From Guillardia theta CCMP2712 (lineage: Eukaryota > Protista > Cryptophyta), in contig NW_005434646.1 of NCBI RefSeq assembly GCF_000315625.1, positions 186,001 through 250,000 of the forward strand: a DNA stretch of 64,000 nt, given 5' to 3'. Below are positions 12,240 to 30,426 of the stretch, in pieces (the first letter of the stretch is position 1; every line of letters starts with the position of its first letter). A model generated the notes under the pieces. That model was not told the DNA's origin and ran no database searches. It saw only the letters and a list, made by a program, of their open reading frames with translations. The position numbers and the translations under genes are program-made.

Positions 12240-15200
12240 CTTGGAGGTAAATCTTGTCATCGTCGCTCATCCCTCCCCCGCTCAGTCCATCAGCCGATCC
12301 CTTCTGAAGCTTCCTCAGTGTCTGCGGGAGAAGTCAGGAGCAGCAGGCGATGAGCACGGAAACTAGCCTGTCCGAGCTTCTTCACGTTGGCGAACAGCTC
12401 TAGAACAAGCTCTTGATACTTGGCTGACACAGCAGTGATGATGTCGTTGACAGCCTTGATCGAGTGAGAAGCGCACGCTCAGAGAGTTCAAGTAGTCACC
12501 TTGACGCGATGGGCCTCGGACAGGAACAGGAGGAAGCCATGGCTCGAGCGATCGCCGGCTGTCGACATTGCCATTTTGAGGGGGTGTGTGATACCCTTGA
12601 CATAGAGACTGCGAGGATGTAAGTTGAAGGAGAAGATGGTGATTGTGATAGAGTCAACGATGGCAAGGATTAGGATCGAGTTGGTGTTGGCTGTGTTGAC
12701 GGTGATAGAACACGTCACCTTGCAGTCTTTGGAGCAGGCTTGTTCGTCATCCTGTACTGCGAGGTGAGGGCACGGACTGATCCTCCCACGAGTCCCTCGC
12801 AGCACTTGGTCGTGAGATTTTGTGTGATCGTGCCCTGCCGGACATCAGCAGGAGGTTGTAGGGGGTCAAGAGAGGCATACCAAGAGGTTCTCCATGAGCT
12901 GAGAAATCTTGTCTGCGGGAGATGGCAGGCGCGTGAGATGAGGGAGGGAGTAAATCTCAGTTCCTCACCTTCGCAAGGTTCAAGGGTCTTGGTCAACATC
13001 TCGCTGAGCTCGGGGACTTCGTTCCTGGTAGCCAGGACGGCCTCCCTTGCCCATCCTATCACTTGTCGCCTCATCTCCAGCTGCAGAAGCTCACAATCGC
13101 TGCACCTGTTCTTGCCACGTCAGAAGCTCAATGAATGTCAGGTGCAAGGCAGCATTTCTCACAGCGCAGCTGCAAACTTGAGGTCTTTGTCTCTCTTGTT
13201 CGATCCAGAGGGGAAAGAGCCGCTCCGCTCTGCGTCCGACAGAGTTGAGAAGGAGACGATCCATGGGACCACTCACCCTCAGTTGTTGAGATCCGAGCTG
13301 GCATGTGAGCTGCCCATTCGTCCGCCCAGCCCGAAAATTTCCAGATAATCATGAGAGAGAGTTGAAGGAGTCTGTTGGAGACGTGTCAGGGTGTCGAGAG
13401 AAGGTGAAAGAGGAGGAGTAGGGGGGAGGAAAAACAGGAAACGGGGGAGGAGAAGAGTCCTGCAAAAAGGAAGGAGGAAGTCCGGAGAGGAAGGCAGACG
13501 AGGACAGGGAGTAGGAGGGGATAAGAATCAGAGAGGGAAGATGAACCTGTGAGAGATAGAGGGGATGGGATCTTTCCATATGATCGTCAATGATTCCCAC
13601 ACACTTGACGTGCCCTAAGACGTTCGAGTGAGGAGAAGGAAGCAGAATCAGGACCGAGAACCTTGAGATGGAAACGGTTCGAGCATGAGCTGTCGCCCTC
13701 GTTGTAAGTGGGCAAGGGCGGCCTTTCAGCTGAGAACTCTTGAACATCTTGAGCTTGAGCAGCGTCTTCTTTGCTCTCCTTGCCCTCCTTGTTGTCTTTC
13801 GTGGCCGTATCCTCTGCCGCTGCCGCCGCCTGTGCTTGTCGCTCCCTCTCTCGGATCGCCTGCTCGCAGCTGATCAAACACTCATCATGAGATCAAACTT
13901 GAGACCTCAGAAAGTTGCGAGGGAGTCAAGAGAAGGGCAGAGAGGTTCTGTGAAACCTCCTGCTGGCGCAACTGTACGAAGGCTCGCAGGGGGAGCTCCC
14001 ACTTCTGCAGGAAGTCTTGGAGGGAGACGTGGTTGCGGAGAGCTTCTGCCTCCTCCCTATTGAGGCATCTCATCTCCAGATCTTCGAGAAACTTCATGGT
14101 GCTGTGGTACTTCCTCCCAAAAACATCGTCCAGGTACTACATTGATGGTCAAACGCTCTGTTGAAACACAAGAATCCTCACTCTACCTGTGTCAATCGTC
14201 GCCCTCCCACACTGAGAAGGAGGGAAGAGAGCTCAGCAAAGAAGCAGTTGCCGAGGATGAAGCTTCTGGAGGCTATAGCGGCGCCCGACCACCCGACGAT
14301 CTCACTGCCCTCGCCAACCATATCCTCTTCCCCCTCCAAGCTAGTCTCGTCAGTCACCAGCTTCCCATCCTCGTTCGTTCGAAGCCCAAGAGCGGATGCT
14401 GCGTGCTTGGAGAGTGGCAGACACCTTGATTTCTCGTCAGAAACTTCTCCTCTAACCAAGGGAGACTTACCATTCATCAACGAATCTTAGCAGCTCACTG
14501 CAGATCAAAGCCGTCATGCGGTTGTGGGAGATAACTCACCTCACTCACCTGTACATGCCCTCGAGACCATCGCATGACCCACTCCTCCCCATCTGCTTCA
14601 GACATCTCGTTCAATGCATCTTCTTTCTCGTCAAACACACTCCACCTCAAGCTTCTGTACCGTCACGGTAGCCGAGATGAAGGGTCTCATGCAGTCAGAG
14701 CGGATGACGCTCTGACAGGCGTCAACCTTCTCAGCGATCACATACGATCTCATGCAGGTCTCGATCACTCCCTCTCTTCCTTCAAAGGGAGAGGACCCCT
14801 GTCCTCCCTTCTTCCCCTCCCGGCCATATGTCTCGGAGATCGTGTCATAGGAGATAGCAGCCCCGAAGATTGAGTTGAGACGCTTCAGTAGTTGATCCTG
14901 CAGCTGGTCCAGTCGCTTCAACAAGTCCTACACAGAGTCTTCAGAGCGCATATCATCACTCTCGTGTCCTACCTTCTTGTCCATGCTCTCTTCTAACCGG
15001 AGCACCTGCCCTCGTAACCTGGCCGTCTCGTTCGAAACTCGCTCGAGCACGTTCGCTCCCCGCATGAGCTCGCTGATGGACAGCTCTCGGGCGTCACCAT
15101 CGTCTCTCTCCTCCTGCTCGTTGTACTCTGAGGCCTCAGCAATGTCTCTCATCAGCAGCGCCTCCATCCGAGACAGCCCCATCTCAATGTCTAACAACAA

Positions 15201-15680
15201 CTCCAGTCGATGCTGGGCTGACAGGATGGAGCTCCTCTCCTCTAGCTTCCCCTCCAGCTGCAAGAGCACACCTGCTGTAGACTCTCGCAGCTCCATCATC
15301 TCTGTTCTCAGCGACTCGACTGGCGCCCTCACCCGCGACAGCAGGCCGTCAAGCCCCTTCAAGCTCGAAGCCATGCCGACGAACGCGGCATAGTCCTCGT
15401 TGATCGCATCCACCAGACCCTCCCTGAGCCGCAGCAAGTGGCTCTGGAGCTCGCTCAGCAGTTCCTCTAGCCCTACCGACCTCCTCGCCTTCCCAACGAA
15501 CTCCTGGGCATCGAACTCTGCGTCCAGAAAGCAGCTAACAGGGAAGCCGGCTACCCGCCCTCCTGCTGCTCCTGCTACAGCTGCCGCTCTCCCTGCTGCT
15601 GACCCCGATGACAGTCCTCCTCCTCCTCCTCCTCCTCCTCCTGCCGCTCCTCCTGCCGCTCTCATGCCTTCTTCCACCAT
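12240..15680 (-). CDS. COG2: Conserved oligomeric Golgi complex subunit 2 (3' end approximate)
   Basis: The N-terminal COG2 domain reads FLDAEFDAQEFV..LEELLSELQSHL..LVDAINEDYAAFVGMASSL and the C-terminus MSDDDKIYLQ. Intervening exons are present. Confidence 0.8.
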
Positions 15681-16051
15681 CGCCAGTGCCGCGGGACGCC
15701 ACGTGGGGTGGGGGTGAAGCAGCTATATAGGGTGGGTAGTAAGGGGTAGATAGGAGGGTGGTGGTTACAGCTGGGGATTGATGGAATAGGGGTAGTGGTG
15801 GGACAAAAGGAGGATCAGGATAGGTAGGGGGTACAATACCTCAGAAAAAGGGGGTAGTAGGAGGCATGGTGGGGGTAGTCATTATCAAAGTGTCGGGGAG
15901 GACACAATGCACAAGTAGGAGGAGGAGGAGGAGGAGGAGGAGCAGGAAGAGGAGCAGGAAGAGGAGGAAGACGATGAACAGTAGGAAGTGAAAGACCGAG
16001 AGGGAGGAGCTTGTCCAAATTCCGGATCGTTCCATCCTCCTTGGACACCTC

Positions 16052-20931
<4,880 letters not shown>

Positions 20932-21316
20932 GCGGAGAGGAGTCAGTGAGTTGAGGAGGGCAAAAGTCGTGGTCGGAGGAAAAGAGGAAGGAGGACGAGG
21001 TGTGGAGAGGAGGAGGAGGAGGAGGAGGAGGAGGAGGAGGAGGACGAGGTGTGGAGAGGAGGAGGAGGAGGAGGAGGAGGATAGGAGCGGAGAGGTGCAG
21101 TCACAGAGCTTTACCAGCAACTTTCATCATTAAGAATGAATATTTCAACTCACTGTCAAACTCGAGGGAACCGAGTTCCTGGAGGTTACAAGCCGTCGAG
21201 GTGACGACAGGTTGATAACAGCCTCCCTCCGAGGAGGACAACAGGGAGGGGAAGGGAGGAAGAGGGGGAGGAGGAGGAGGGAGGAGAGGAAGGAGAGGGG
21301 TGATCGATGCCCTTGA

Positions 21317-23948
21317 TCAGATGATCTCGACGTAGTTGAAAGGGAACCAGCCAACTCTCCCATCCTTCCTCCCCTGCCACCAGCCGCTGTCGTCCTCACG
21401 CAACACCTCGATGATGTCGTTCTCCTCCAGGGAGAGCTCGATCTCAGCGGCAGCCTCGTAGGCGAAGAGAGCCTGGAGGAGGAGGAGGAGGGAGAGGAGG
21501 AGGAGGAGGAGGAGGAGGAGGAGGAGGAGGATCGTCAGTACAAAACTCGCACGAGGAAAGTTCACCTTGACGAGCCTCTTGGATTCGACAGGAGGAGGAG
21601 GAGGAGGCGGTGGCTAGAAGGCAACGCGTGTGAACGAGAGGCAGGGAGGAGGTGGGAGGAGAAGTACTTGGAGAACAGGAGGAAGGAGGATGGGAGGGAG
21701 CAGGAGGGGGGAGGGAGCAGGAGGGGTGGAGGGAGTAGGAGGGGAGGATTGGAGGAAGGGATGAGAAATGGGGAGGAATGTATGACGAGGAGGATTCTTG
21801 AGGAGGTGAAGGGAGAGGAGTCAATCTTACCTGTACGTGAGGGCTCGGGTCCAACGACCTCGCGTCTTCAAACATCCCAAAGGTGTTGTCATTGAAGTTG
21901 GAAGGAGTGGGCTGAGAAACAGGAGCAGGAAGAGAAAGAAGGAGAAGGGAGGGAGAAAGGAGGAAAGCAGGGAGAGGAAGAAGGTGAGGAGGAGGAGGAG
22001 GAGGAGGAGGAGGAGGAGGAGGAGGAGGAGGAGGAGGAGGAGGAGTCAGCTCCGAAGGCTGAACAAGGCAATGCATCTACCTTATTGAAATCGTCTTCAA
22101 ACCCTCTGTGTTGCTCACTTGTGCTCGCAAACCCGTGAGATTGAGGAGGATGATCGAACGAGTTCCTTTCCCGATGATTGACAGATGACAAGGAGATGCT
22201 GCGGAGCTGGACAGGAGCGTCAAGTCATCTACCCCCGCACGATCCCTTCCTACCTGCGAGTCGATCTGTGCCAACTCCTCAGCCTCTGCGCTGCAAGCCT
22301 GGAAAGCCTGCGTCACGGATATCCCGACCTCCTCTCCTCTCCTTTCCTCCACGCTTGTGCCCTACTTGTGCCCTCTCCTCCCTCCACTCCCATCTTCCCT
22401 GTCCTGTCCTGTCCTGTCCTCCTCTCCTCCCTCCTCTCCAAACTTTACTCTCCTCTCCTCTCCTCTGCTTTCCTCTCCTTACCTAACCGCTCCCTCCTCT
22501 CCCATCTTCCTCTCCTCTCCCATCTTCCTCTCCTCTTCTGCTCACACACCTCTGCGACGTTGGGCTCCTTCGATTTCGTGTACAAGACTTCAAAGTCCGC
22601 GTTGCCTTCCGCATGCGATCAGGACGGGAGGAGGCGCACAGGGACTGACCTTGGCTAAAGAGGTCGTGCTGCACTGAGATCGCCGCTAGGAGAGGATCGT
22701 TGAGCAAGGCAGTCTGGCAGGCAGAGCAGGTTCAACCCTCGACCCTCCCCACACTCCCCGTCCTCCTGACCTTGTTGTACTCCGCCGCCCGCAACCTGAT
22801 GGTAAGTTTCTCGTTCATGGTGAAGTACTGCCATGCTCGTCAGCCAACCTCCCCCAGTCGTCTTCCATACCTTCGCCTGAGCTGCTGATAGCTTCTCCTC
22901 ACACTCGCGCAGCTTCTCTTGATTCTTCTCCTGCAACCGCTTCACCTTGCAGCTCAGACAAGCACAGCCGAGCAAACCTTCTTCGCGTCGTCTTCGAGCC
23001 CTTTCTTCTTCAAACGATAATGATCGTAATCTGCCAGATATCTGCAACAACGCTCAACAAGGGAGGAGGGGAACAGCACGTCGAAGTACCTCTTCCTTCT
23101 CTCCGCATCGTTCTTGATCTCCTTGAACCTCTCAACAACCTTGTCCAAGGGCTCCACGATGGAGGAGAGCCAGCGGTCTGAACAAGCAGCCATGCTGAGG
23201 GAAGAGAACACACCAATCTACCCAGCTCACCCTGAAGTCTGGGACCAACGGAAGAGACAAGGGTCTCGTGAGATGAATCGAAGTCCATCTGAAGGTGCAA
23301 CGTTGAGACGTCATAGCAACAACAAGTGGCCGGTTTTACCGCGATTCTCTTCAGTTGTGGGTCATTGTCGTACCTACATGCCACCACTCAGCACCATGGT
23401 GCACGTGAAGGAGGGAGGGAGGGGAGGAGGGAGCGGAAGGGAGAGAGAGGGGAGGGAGGGAGAAATGCCGGGAGAGTCAAAGGGTGAGACAGGGAAGGAG
23501 ACAACGGGGAGGGAGGGAGGGGAAGGGAAAAAATAGGAAGGGGAGGGAAAGGGGAGACTGACATTTCAAGGAAATCTCTCGCAAAGTCAGACCCTGACTG
23601 TAGGAATTTCATCTGCGTTTCCATGTATCTGTGCGCGCTCCTGCGGTACGTTTCATGCCTCCACCAGGGACTCCACACAGCCCGGCACCTGTTCAGCTTC
23701 TCCATCCTTGCGCTCACGTCAAGGAACTTCTCGAACAGCTCGTCGAACTCGATGTCTTTCGTCTCCTGCACCTTGCCAACAACCTGGACAAGCACTTCAC
23801 CTGCCACCCGACCCCTCGCACTGCCTCCAGCCAGCACCTTCTGAACTGAGTGAAGGGTCCTTCTCTTGAAGGCCTTCATCTTGTAGATCAGGTCTTTCTT
23901 GACCGCTCCTGCTTCAGGCGCAGCATGATGCTCGTCCGAGTCACTCAT
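21317..23948 (-). CDS. BAR-SH3 protein (amphiphysin/endophilin-like)
   Basis: N-BAR start VQKVVGKVQETKDIEFDELFEKF and RYLADYDHYRLKKK. C-terminal SH3 ALFAYEAAAEIELSLEENDIIEVL..DSGWWQG..GWFPFNYVEII*. Confidence 0.9.
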
Positions 23949-25089
23949 TGTGATCCTGCCTGCCACTCCGAATCAATCCACAAGCAAAGTTAACAACAAC
24001 TTTTTCTTCCAGCGTCATAGGCGGAATCTCTCTCCATGCTGATAAGTCTCGTATCTCACATTTCTGTCTCCGTCTTGTTGTTTCTCTCCATTTCATGCTA
24101 CCCACTTACAAATCTGTTGAAGAAATCTGTTCTTCCCTCCTACTCCTTCACACACTTTCCCAAATCTCATCGAGATTTGTTGCGGTCCTTCAAGCATCTC
24201 TTCCTTACCATTCCATCTTTCTCTGTGACAGCAAATATTTACTCTGCGCTTTCACATCTTTTCCCTTTCCGTGCCACTTCTCTCATCAGAAGCATTCCCA
24301 TCCCCTCAAATTCCTCCGTTTTCCCCTCGCCTTTCTTCTCCTCCTCCCTTCTTTCTCTTCTTCTTTGTCTTGGTCCCAGTCCTCCTCCTTTCCCAGTTCT
24401 CATGTGCTCCTCCTGATCCTGATCCTGATCCTCCTCTCGATCCTCCTCCTCCTCCTCCTCTCCCTCTCCCTCTTCCTCCTCCATCTCCGATTCCATTTCT
24501 TCCTCCGCTTCCTCTGAATCGATTCCCCCCCCACTCCCCACCCTTCTCCATCACCCTACAGTACCACTACCCTACCACCTAAATTTTTTTCCCCCTACCC
24601 CCACCCCTTCGACATCTCTCAAGATCCCCTTCATCGGAGAATATGAATACCACCCCACCCACACTTTCAAATTCTTCCTAGCAACCAAGATGCGCCTTTC
24701 CCACAGGGTAGGGTCGGTCCATATTTAGAGCACCCCTACCCCTCGTTATGGCATTCCAACCACCCAAATGCTACACCACCCCACCTATCCCTACAGCTAC
24801 CACCCTCCCGGAGACCACCCCGCCTTTCTTGATTTTTCAACCGCAAGATGCTACGGAAGATGGAGCAGGAGGCGAAGAGGAGGGAGGAGGGAGGGAGGAG
24901 GGAGGAGGGAGGAGGCAGGAGGCAGGAGGCAGGAGGCAGGAGGCAGGGAAGAGACATGGCATGATATGACATAAGTGGGTCGATGTATCACGACTACAAT
25001 GATCAAACATACATGATCAGCCAACGTCTCTCCACCAGTCTCTCTTCCCGTCTCTCCATATGACTTGTTCTGCAGTTTCTACAGTCAAC

Positions 25090-26115
25090 ATGGCGGACGA
25101 GCAAGAAGGCGGAGAAGAAGAACCGCAGCCTGAGCTGGTGGTTTGAACCACACGCACTCCGGTGTTCTGACGTTGTGCCAGGAAATCCCCAAGATGCCGA
25201 TGAAGATTGATCCGCCAGAGTACATCGCGATCCAACAATCGTTGATCCCCTTCTTCGAGGACATCACAGATGAGCAGCGCGATCGCCGCAAGTTCGACGA
25301 GCAGCGCGTGGAGGAGACGAACCTTTACGCGCAGAGGATCGAGGAGAAGCTCGGTGCAGAGATCCTCAAGAGGAAGGAGGCGGATGCTGCCCTGGACAAG
25401 CTCGCGCAGACTCGACTGGAGACAGTGCAGGAGGCCCTCGTGCATCAGATGCAGGTCAGCTTCAAGGAGCTGAAGAAAGACATCGAGGCAGCGAAAGGGC
25501 GCCTGGAGGAGACGGAGACGAAGCTGATAGAGGTCAGGGAGAAGAACGAGCGGGAACTTAAGGCGTGCAAGCTGGAGCTCTGCGAGCGGCTGGACAGGAT
25601 ACAGGCGGGGATGCGCGTGGAGTCGAAGACGAGGAGGGAGGAGGATGAGAAGACTGCCAAGCACCTGACAGCGGAGATCGCGTTGCTCAAGGAGGCCGTG
25701 AGAAAGGAGAAGATCGTGCGTGAGGACGAGAACAAGTTGATTGTACAGAGGCTGGAGGTGTTGGAGCACGAGGAGATCAAGGCCGGGGAGAGGGCGCAGC
25801 TGAAGATCTTCGAGCAGCTGAGGGAGTTGAGGAGGGTACTGCAGCTCGAGAAGGAAGCGAGGATTGCAGAAGAGGACAAGGTGATGAAGAGCGGGAGGAT
25901 GTTGGGAGAGAGAGGAGGGAGCGAGGAATGGGTGGAGAAGGGCGGAGTTGAGAGGAGGAGGGAGGGAGGGAAGTGATGGGAAGGGGAACAGGGGAAGGAG
26001 ATTCTCATTTTCTTTGCAGGTCCGTGTGGTGCTGGAAGAATACCAAGTGGCGCTACAGCAGGGGTTGAAGATCGTCAACAAGAGCGACTACGAGAAGGAG
26101 GTAGAAGATTCTTAG
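25090..26115 (+). CDS. SF-assemblin / beta-giardin family striated-fibre coiled-coil protein (3 exons)
   Basis: Long coiled coil with E-x-x-x-R-x-x-x-E/D periodicity, ending EKEARIAEEDK/VRVVLEEYQVALQQGLKIVN, typical of SF-assemblin. Confidence 0.8.
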
Positions 26116-26355
26116 ACGAGCAAATGAACGACTGCACATGCACTGTTGGCCTCTTGAGGAGTGGGACGAGCGGCGAGAGAGGAGGAAGATGGAGTCAGGG
26201 AGGACGAGGAGGAGAAAGGCAGGAAGCAGAGCAGAGGCGGGAGAAAGGAGAAGGCAGGAGGAAGGGCAAGGGTAGACAAACACTTGAAACCCAAGAAATA
26301 ATTCCATTCACACTTGCGTCCTCCTACGATCAAAAACACAACATGCGCTCTCCTC

Positions 26356-27981
26356 TTACTGACCCCTCTTCCCCATGAGAACCCCCAACCCAAATGCACA
26401 TCTGCCGGCTGCAGTCAGCACTTCCTCCTCCTCCTCCTTGAAACCCATCCACACCTCAACAACCCACTCCTGATTTCTCTCCCTCTCCCTCCCCTCCTCT
26501 TCCCTCCTCTTCCCTCCCCTCCTCTTCCCTCCCCTCTGCTCTCTGGTCCCCTCTCCTCACCCGAGTGCCACCAATGACGCAGCATAGTGCTTCAGCGTGT
26601 AGACGTTCCGCGAGCCCGTAGGATCAGGAATCGTCACCTGTCCCTCAATCATCCCCGTCACGATCGAAACATCACCCTCATACCTCGATGTAGTTCTTGA
26701 TGGAGGGGGTCTTGGCCGGGAGGACTTGAAACCTGACCTCCGCGTTCTCCAGCTTCGCGAGCCCCTCGGGCAACTTGGGGGGTGAGCCAGTTGCCTTCTG
26801 AACAGCCTGAAGGAAAGAGAGGAGTGAGTGAGGGAGTGAGGGAGTGAGGGAGGGAGGAGGGAGGGAAGGAGAGAGGGAGAGGGACAGGGAGGATGAAGAC
26901 AAGAGATAGAATGGGAAGGGCCCACGGAAGCGAGAGTGAGTCAGGAGGTGAAGGATGAAGAGAGGAGGAGTCATCACCGTAGAAAACTTGGCAGGGTGGG
27001 CTGTTGACAACACAACCATCGCGTGCTTGACGCTGGCATTCTTACATACGGGTTCCATCCTGTCAAGCAGCTGAAGCAGAATCATCAGCCAATGAGGGCC
27101 AGCAGGAGGGAGCTGGAAGGAGGGGAGGAGGAGAGGGAAGAGGAATGCAGCGAAGGATAAGGTGAGGGAGGGAGCTAGAGGGGAGAATGAGAAGGAGTAG
27201 GTGACTGGAGGTCGCAGCAGCTGGAGCGAGGAGTAGAACCGAGGAAGAGGAAAGAAGAAACAAGCTCTGACCTGCTCTGCTGCTCTTACTCCGCATGCAG
27301 TGTGCGGGTCAAGGGTGTAGTTGAAGTCCTTGTGGTACTTCGAGATGGTATCGAGCGTCTCCTGCTCCGAGCAACGGCCCGAAAGGAAGTCCCTCCTCGC
27401 TTCCTCCAGCTGCCAGCAGCGTCAGGTGGGAGAGCACAAGGAAGATAAGGTGGGAAGGAGATGAGACGGAGTGAGAGAGCAAGGATGCCGGCTGGAGAGG
27501 AGAGGGCAAATGGGAGGAGGAGAAGGAGGAGGAGGAGGAGGAGGAGGAGATCACATGGGCCTCGTCGACAGAGAGCCTTCCCGTCTTGTTGAAACCATCC
27601 ATCATATGCGCTAGGATCTTGCTGTCCTCGTCGAAGAGATAGAAGAGATATCTCTCGAAGTTGCTGCTGATCCCAATGTCCATCGACGGCGAGAAAGTTT
27701 GCTGAACAGGTGATTTGTCATAGCTCCCTGTCGTGAAAAACCTGATCAGCACTGTCAGCTCCTCGCTTCGGCTATCCCTCAAACCTTCTCTCCCCTCCTC
27801 CCCTCCTCTCACCTGTCAAGGATATCGTTGGAGTTTGTGGCTACAATGAGGTGCTGTACAGGCAGTCCCATCTTCTTCGCGTAGTACCCAGCCAGGATGT
27901 CACCAAAATTTCCTGCAAGAGTGGGAGTCAGAAGTCGAAGTAGTTGTTGTTGTGATTGTCGTCGTATCAGTTGATAATGAA

Positions 27982-28013
<32 letters not shown>

Positions 28014-28989
28014 GAGGAGGAGGAGGAGGACGAGGACCAACCTGTTGGAACGCTGAAGCTCATCTTCCCGTCGCAGTTGGGAAACACCTTGAAGTAGGTG
28101 TAGAAGTAGTATGTGATCTGAAACATAATCCTTGCAAAGTTGATCGAATTGACAGCTCCTAGTGAGTAAGACTTCTTGAACTTAAGATCGCGGAACAGCG
28201 CCTGCCGAGCACAGTAACCACCTCAGTTCACCTCCCCTCTCCCCCCACCCCTCCCTCCTCCCTTCCTCGCCTCCCTTCCTCACACAGTCTCCATTTTCCC
28301 CTCCCCTCCACCTCCTTGCCCTCCTCCTCTTTGCTAACCTTGACAATATCCTGACAGTCATCGAAAGTTCCCTGCACAGCCACACAATGCACGTTCTCGT
28401 CCAGCACCGACGTCATCTGCAGCTGCTGGATGGGAGACACGCGCCCCTCAGGGAAGAGGATGAAGCATTCCACATTCTTCTTCCCCCTCAGCCCGTAGAT
28501 CGCCGCGCTCCCAGTGTCTCCGGACGTCGCTCCCACTACCGTGATCCTCTTGTTCGACCTCGTCAGGAAGTACTCAAAGAGGTTTCCCAGGGCTTGCAGA
28601 GCCACGTCCTTGAACGCGAACGTGGGCCCATGGAACAGCTCCATGATATGCACATCTCCTACTTTCTTGGTAGGGACAATGTCCTTGTCCTTGAAGTGCG
28701 CATAGCTCCTTTTCATCAGGTCTCTGAGGTCAGCTTCCGGGATCTCGTCTCCCACATACGGCTTGGCGATCTGGTATGCGAGCTCGTGGAAGGACAGGTT
28801 CTTCCACTTCTTGTACTCGTTGCTAACATCTGGAATGAAGTGAGGGACCAGAAGTCCTCCGTCTTGAGCCAGCCCTTCGAACACGGCCTGCGAACCTACA
28901 CGTCACCACCAACACGCGGGGAAAGAGAGACGGCAAACCTCCTCGAAGCTCATGTCGAGGAAAGCTCCTCGTGTGCTGCGAAACAACAT
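26356..28989 (-). CDS. thrC: Threonine synthase (long bacterial/fungal type) with a C-terminal hydrophobic tail; an upstream extension to ~29740 is possible
   Basis: FRSTRG, EGLAQDGGLLVP, ELFHGPTFAFKDVALQ (PLP Lys), GATSGDTGSAA, AVNSINFARI, VPTGNFGDILAG, SPSMDIGISSNFER, DPHTA, STAHPAKF. Two further 3' exons end ...LVALGCAFGLGVLMGKRGQ*. Confidence 0.93.
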
Positions 28990-30426
28990 CTTTTCTTGCT
29001 GCGCACAAGACATGTCATGTTCACTCCCTGAAGGTCTCACTAGCTCACCTGGAAGTGCTTGTTTGTGGGTCTGCCTTGTCTGGCAAGATGACTTCCTAAG
29101 TTTCTTCGAGGAAGATGAAAGCTGGTCGAGACTGACAGAAAAGGCAGGAGCACACGGAGCAACTTCACGATCCTAGGAAAGATGGGTTTGTTCTCCCTTC
29201 AGACTTTGGAAATGTGAGCGTGCGATCTGAAAGCAGGAGTCATCCTTTCGTTACGATGCGTTAGGTATGATTTCCCCCCATCTCAACGATTCGCTCCTAC
29301 CTCGCCTCGATATGATATGAACCTTCGAAATACCCATCTCTCTCCTCCTTCTCCATATCTCTTGAAGAAATTGTAGCTCTGCAAGGAACTCTGCCTTTTC
29401 GTACAGAACTCCTTTCTTCTTCGTGTCCATTGCTGATGCATCTTTTTCGCAAAATCCCCTTCCTCCTGATCTGCCTCACATTCTATCTTTCAAGCATGAA
29501 TGACTACCCATTGTTCCTTTCCTGAACGTCTTCCAAAACAATTCGCACCTCCCTTCCGAGCCCATTCGTGGGCACGAAATCAAAACACAGCAGAGAACAG
29601 TATACGATCGCGCTACCCCGTGCACATCTACGCTATCTTGTCATCTAATTAGACTGTGCATGTGCTCTAGCCTCCGTTCAGCCTCTCCTGAAGCTTCTCT
29701 TGTCTTTCCCGCCCTCCTTCACCCCCCCGCCATTTTCGCTCATGGCGGAGGCCACAGCCTCCAGAAGGGTTTTTCGGAAGTGATTATTGGAAATGGCTAG
29801 AAATAGATATTTCAATTTTTGCAATCAAATGAAAGGCACAAATTTCGCATTTTGATGACATCATGAAAGATGGAAATGAATTTTCAGAAATAGAAAACCA
29901 TTGCTGGGAGATCTTTGTGGGCCAGGCACGTGGATGTAGAAGGGGGGTGGGTCATGAATTGCAAGCAAGGCTATGGGTGGGTAGTGGTACTTGACAGAGA
30001 GATAAATGGAAGGTGGGGTACATAAAGTTGGATGGGGTACTAACGAGACCCCTCCCTTATCGAGTGATATGATTATACATCCATGGGTGATCAAGCAAGT
30101 CAAGGAGGAATGGACGGGTGGTACTTAAAAGGTAGGGGTGGTATCATGCTGGCAGGGGTGTACAAAGTGATACCTCCTGTGAAAATTTTAGGGGTACAAC
30201 GAGGAATATCAAATGAGTGGGTGGGGGGTTTAGCGACCACCCATCAAAACTCAGATATTTGCAGACCAAAATACGGGTGGGGTCCTCAAATTAGTTCTAA
30301 ACAGATAGGGGTGCAATGTTCTGGTCCGGCTCGGTCGGTATAGACTCTCAGTGCCGGCCGGGCCGCTGAACGGTGCCCGGCACTCGGCCGGGGGCAGCCC
30401 CATACTCTTCTTTACTCAAAGTTAAG

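Noticed and set aside
25017-26081. 354-aa Leu-rich minus-strand ORF
   Set aside because: Antisense shadow of SF-assemblin; similar shadows overlie thrC, COG2 and VPS45.
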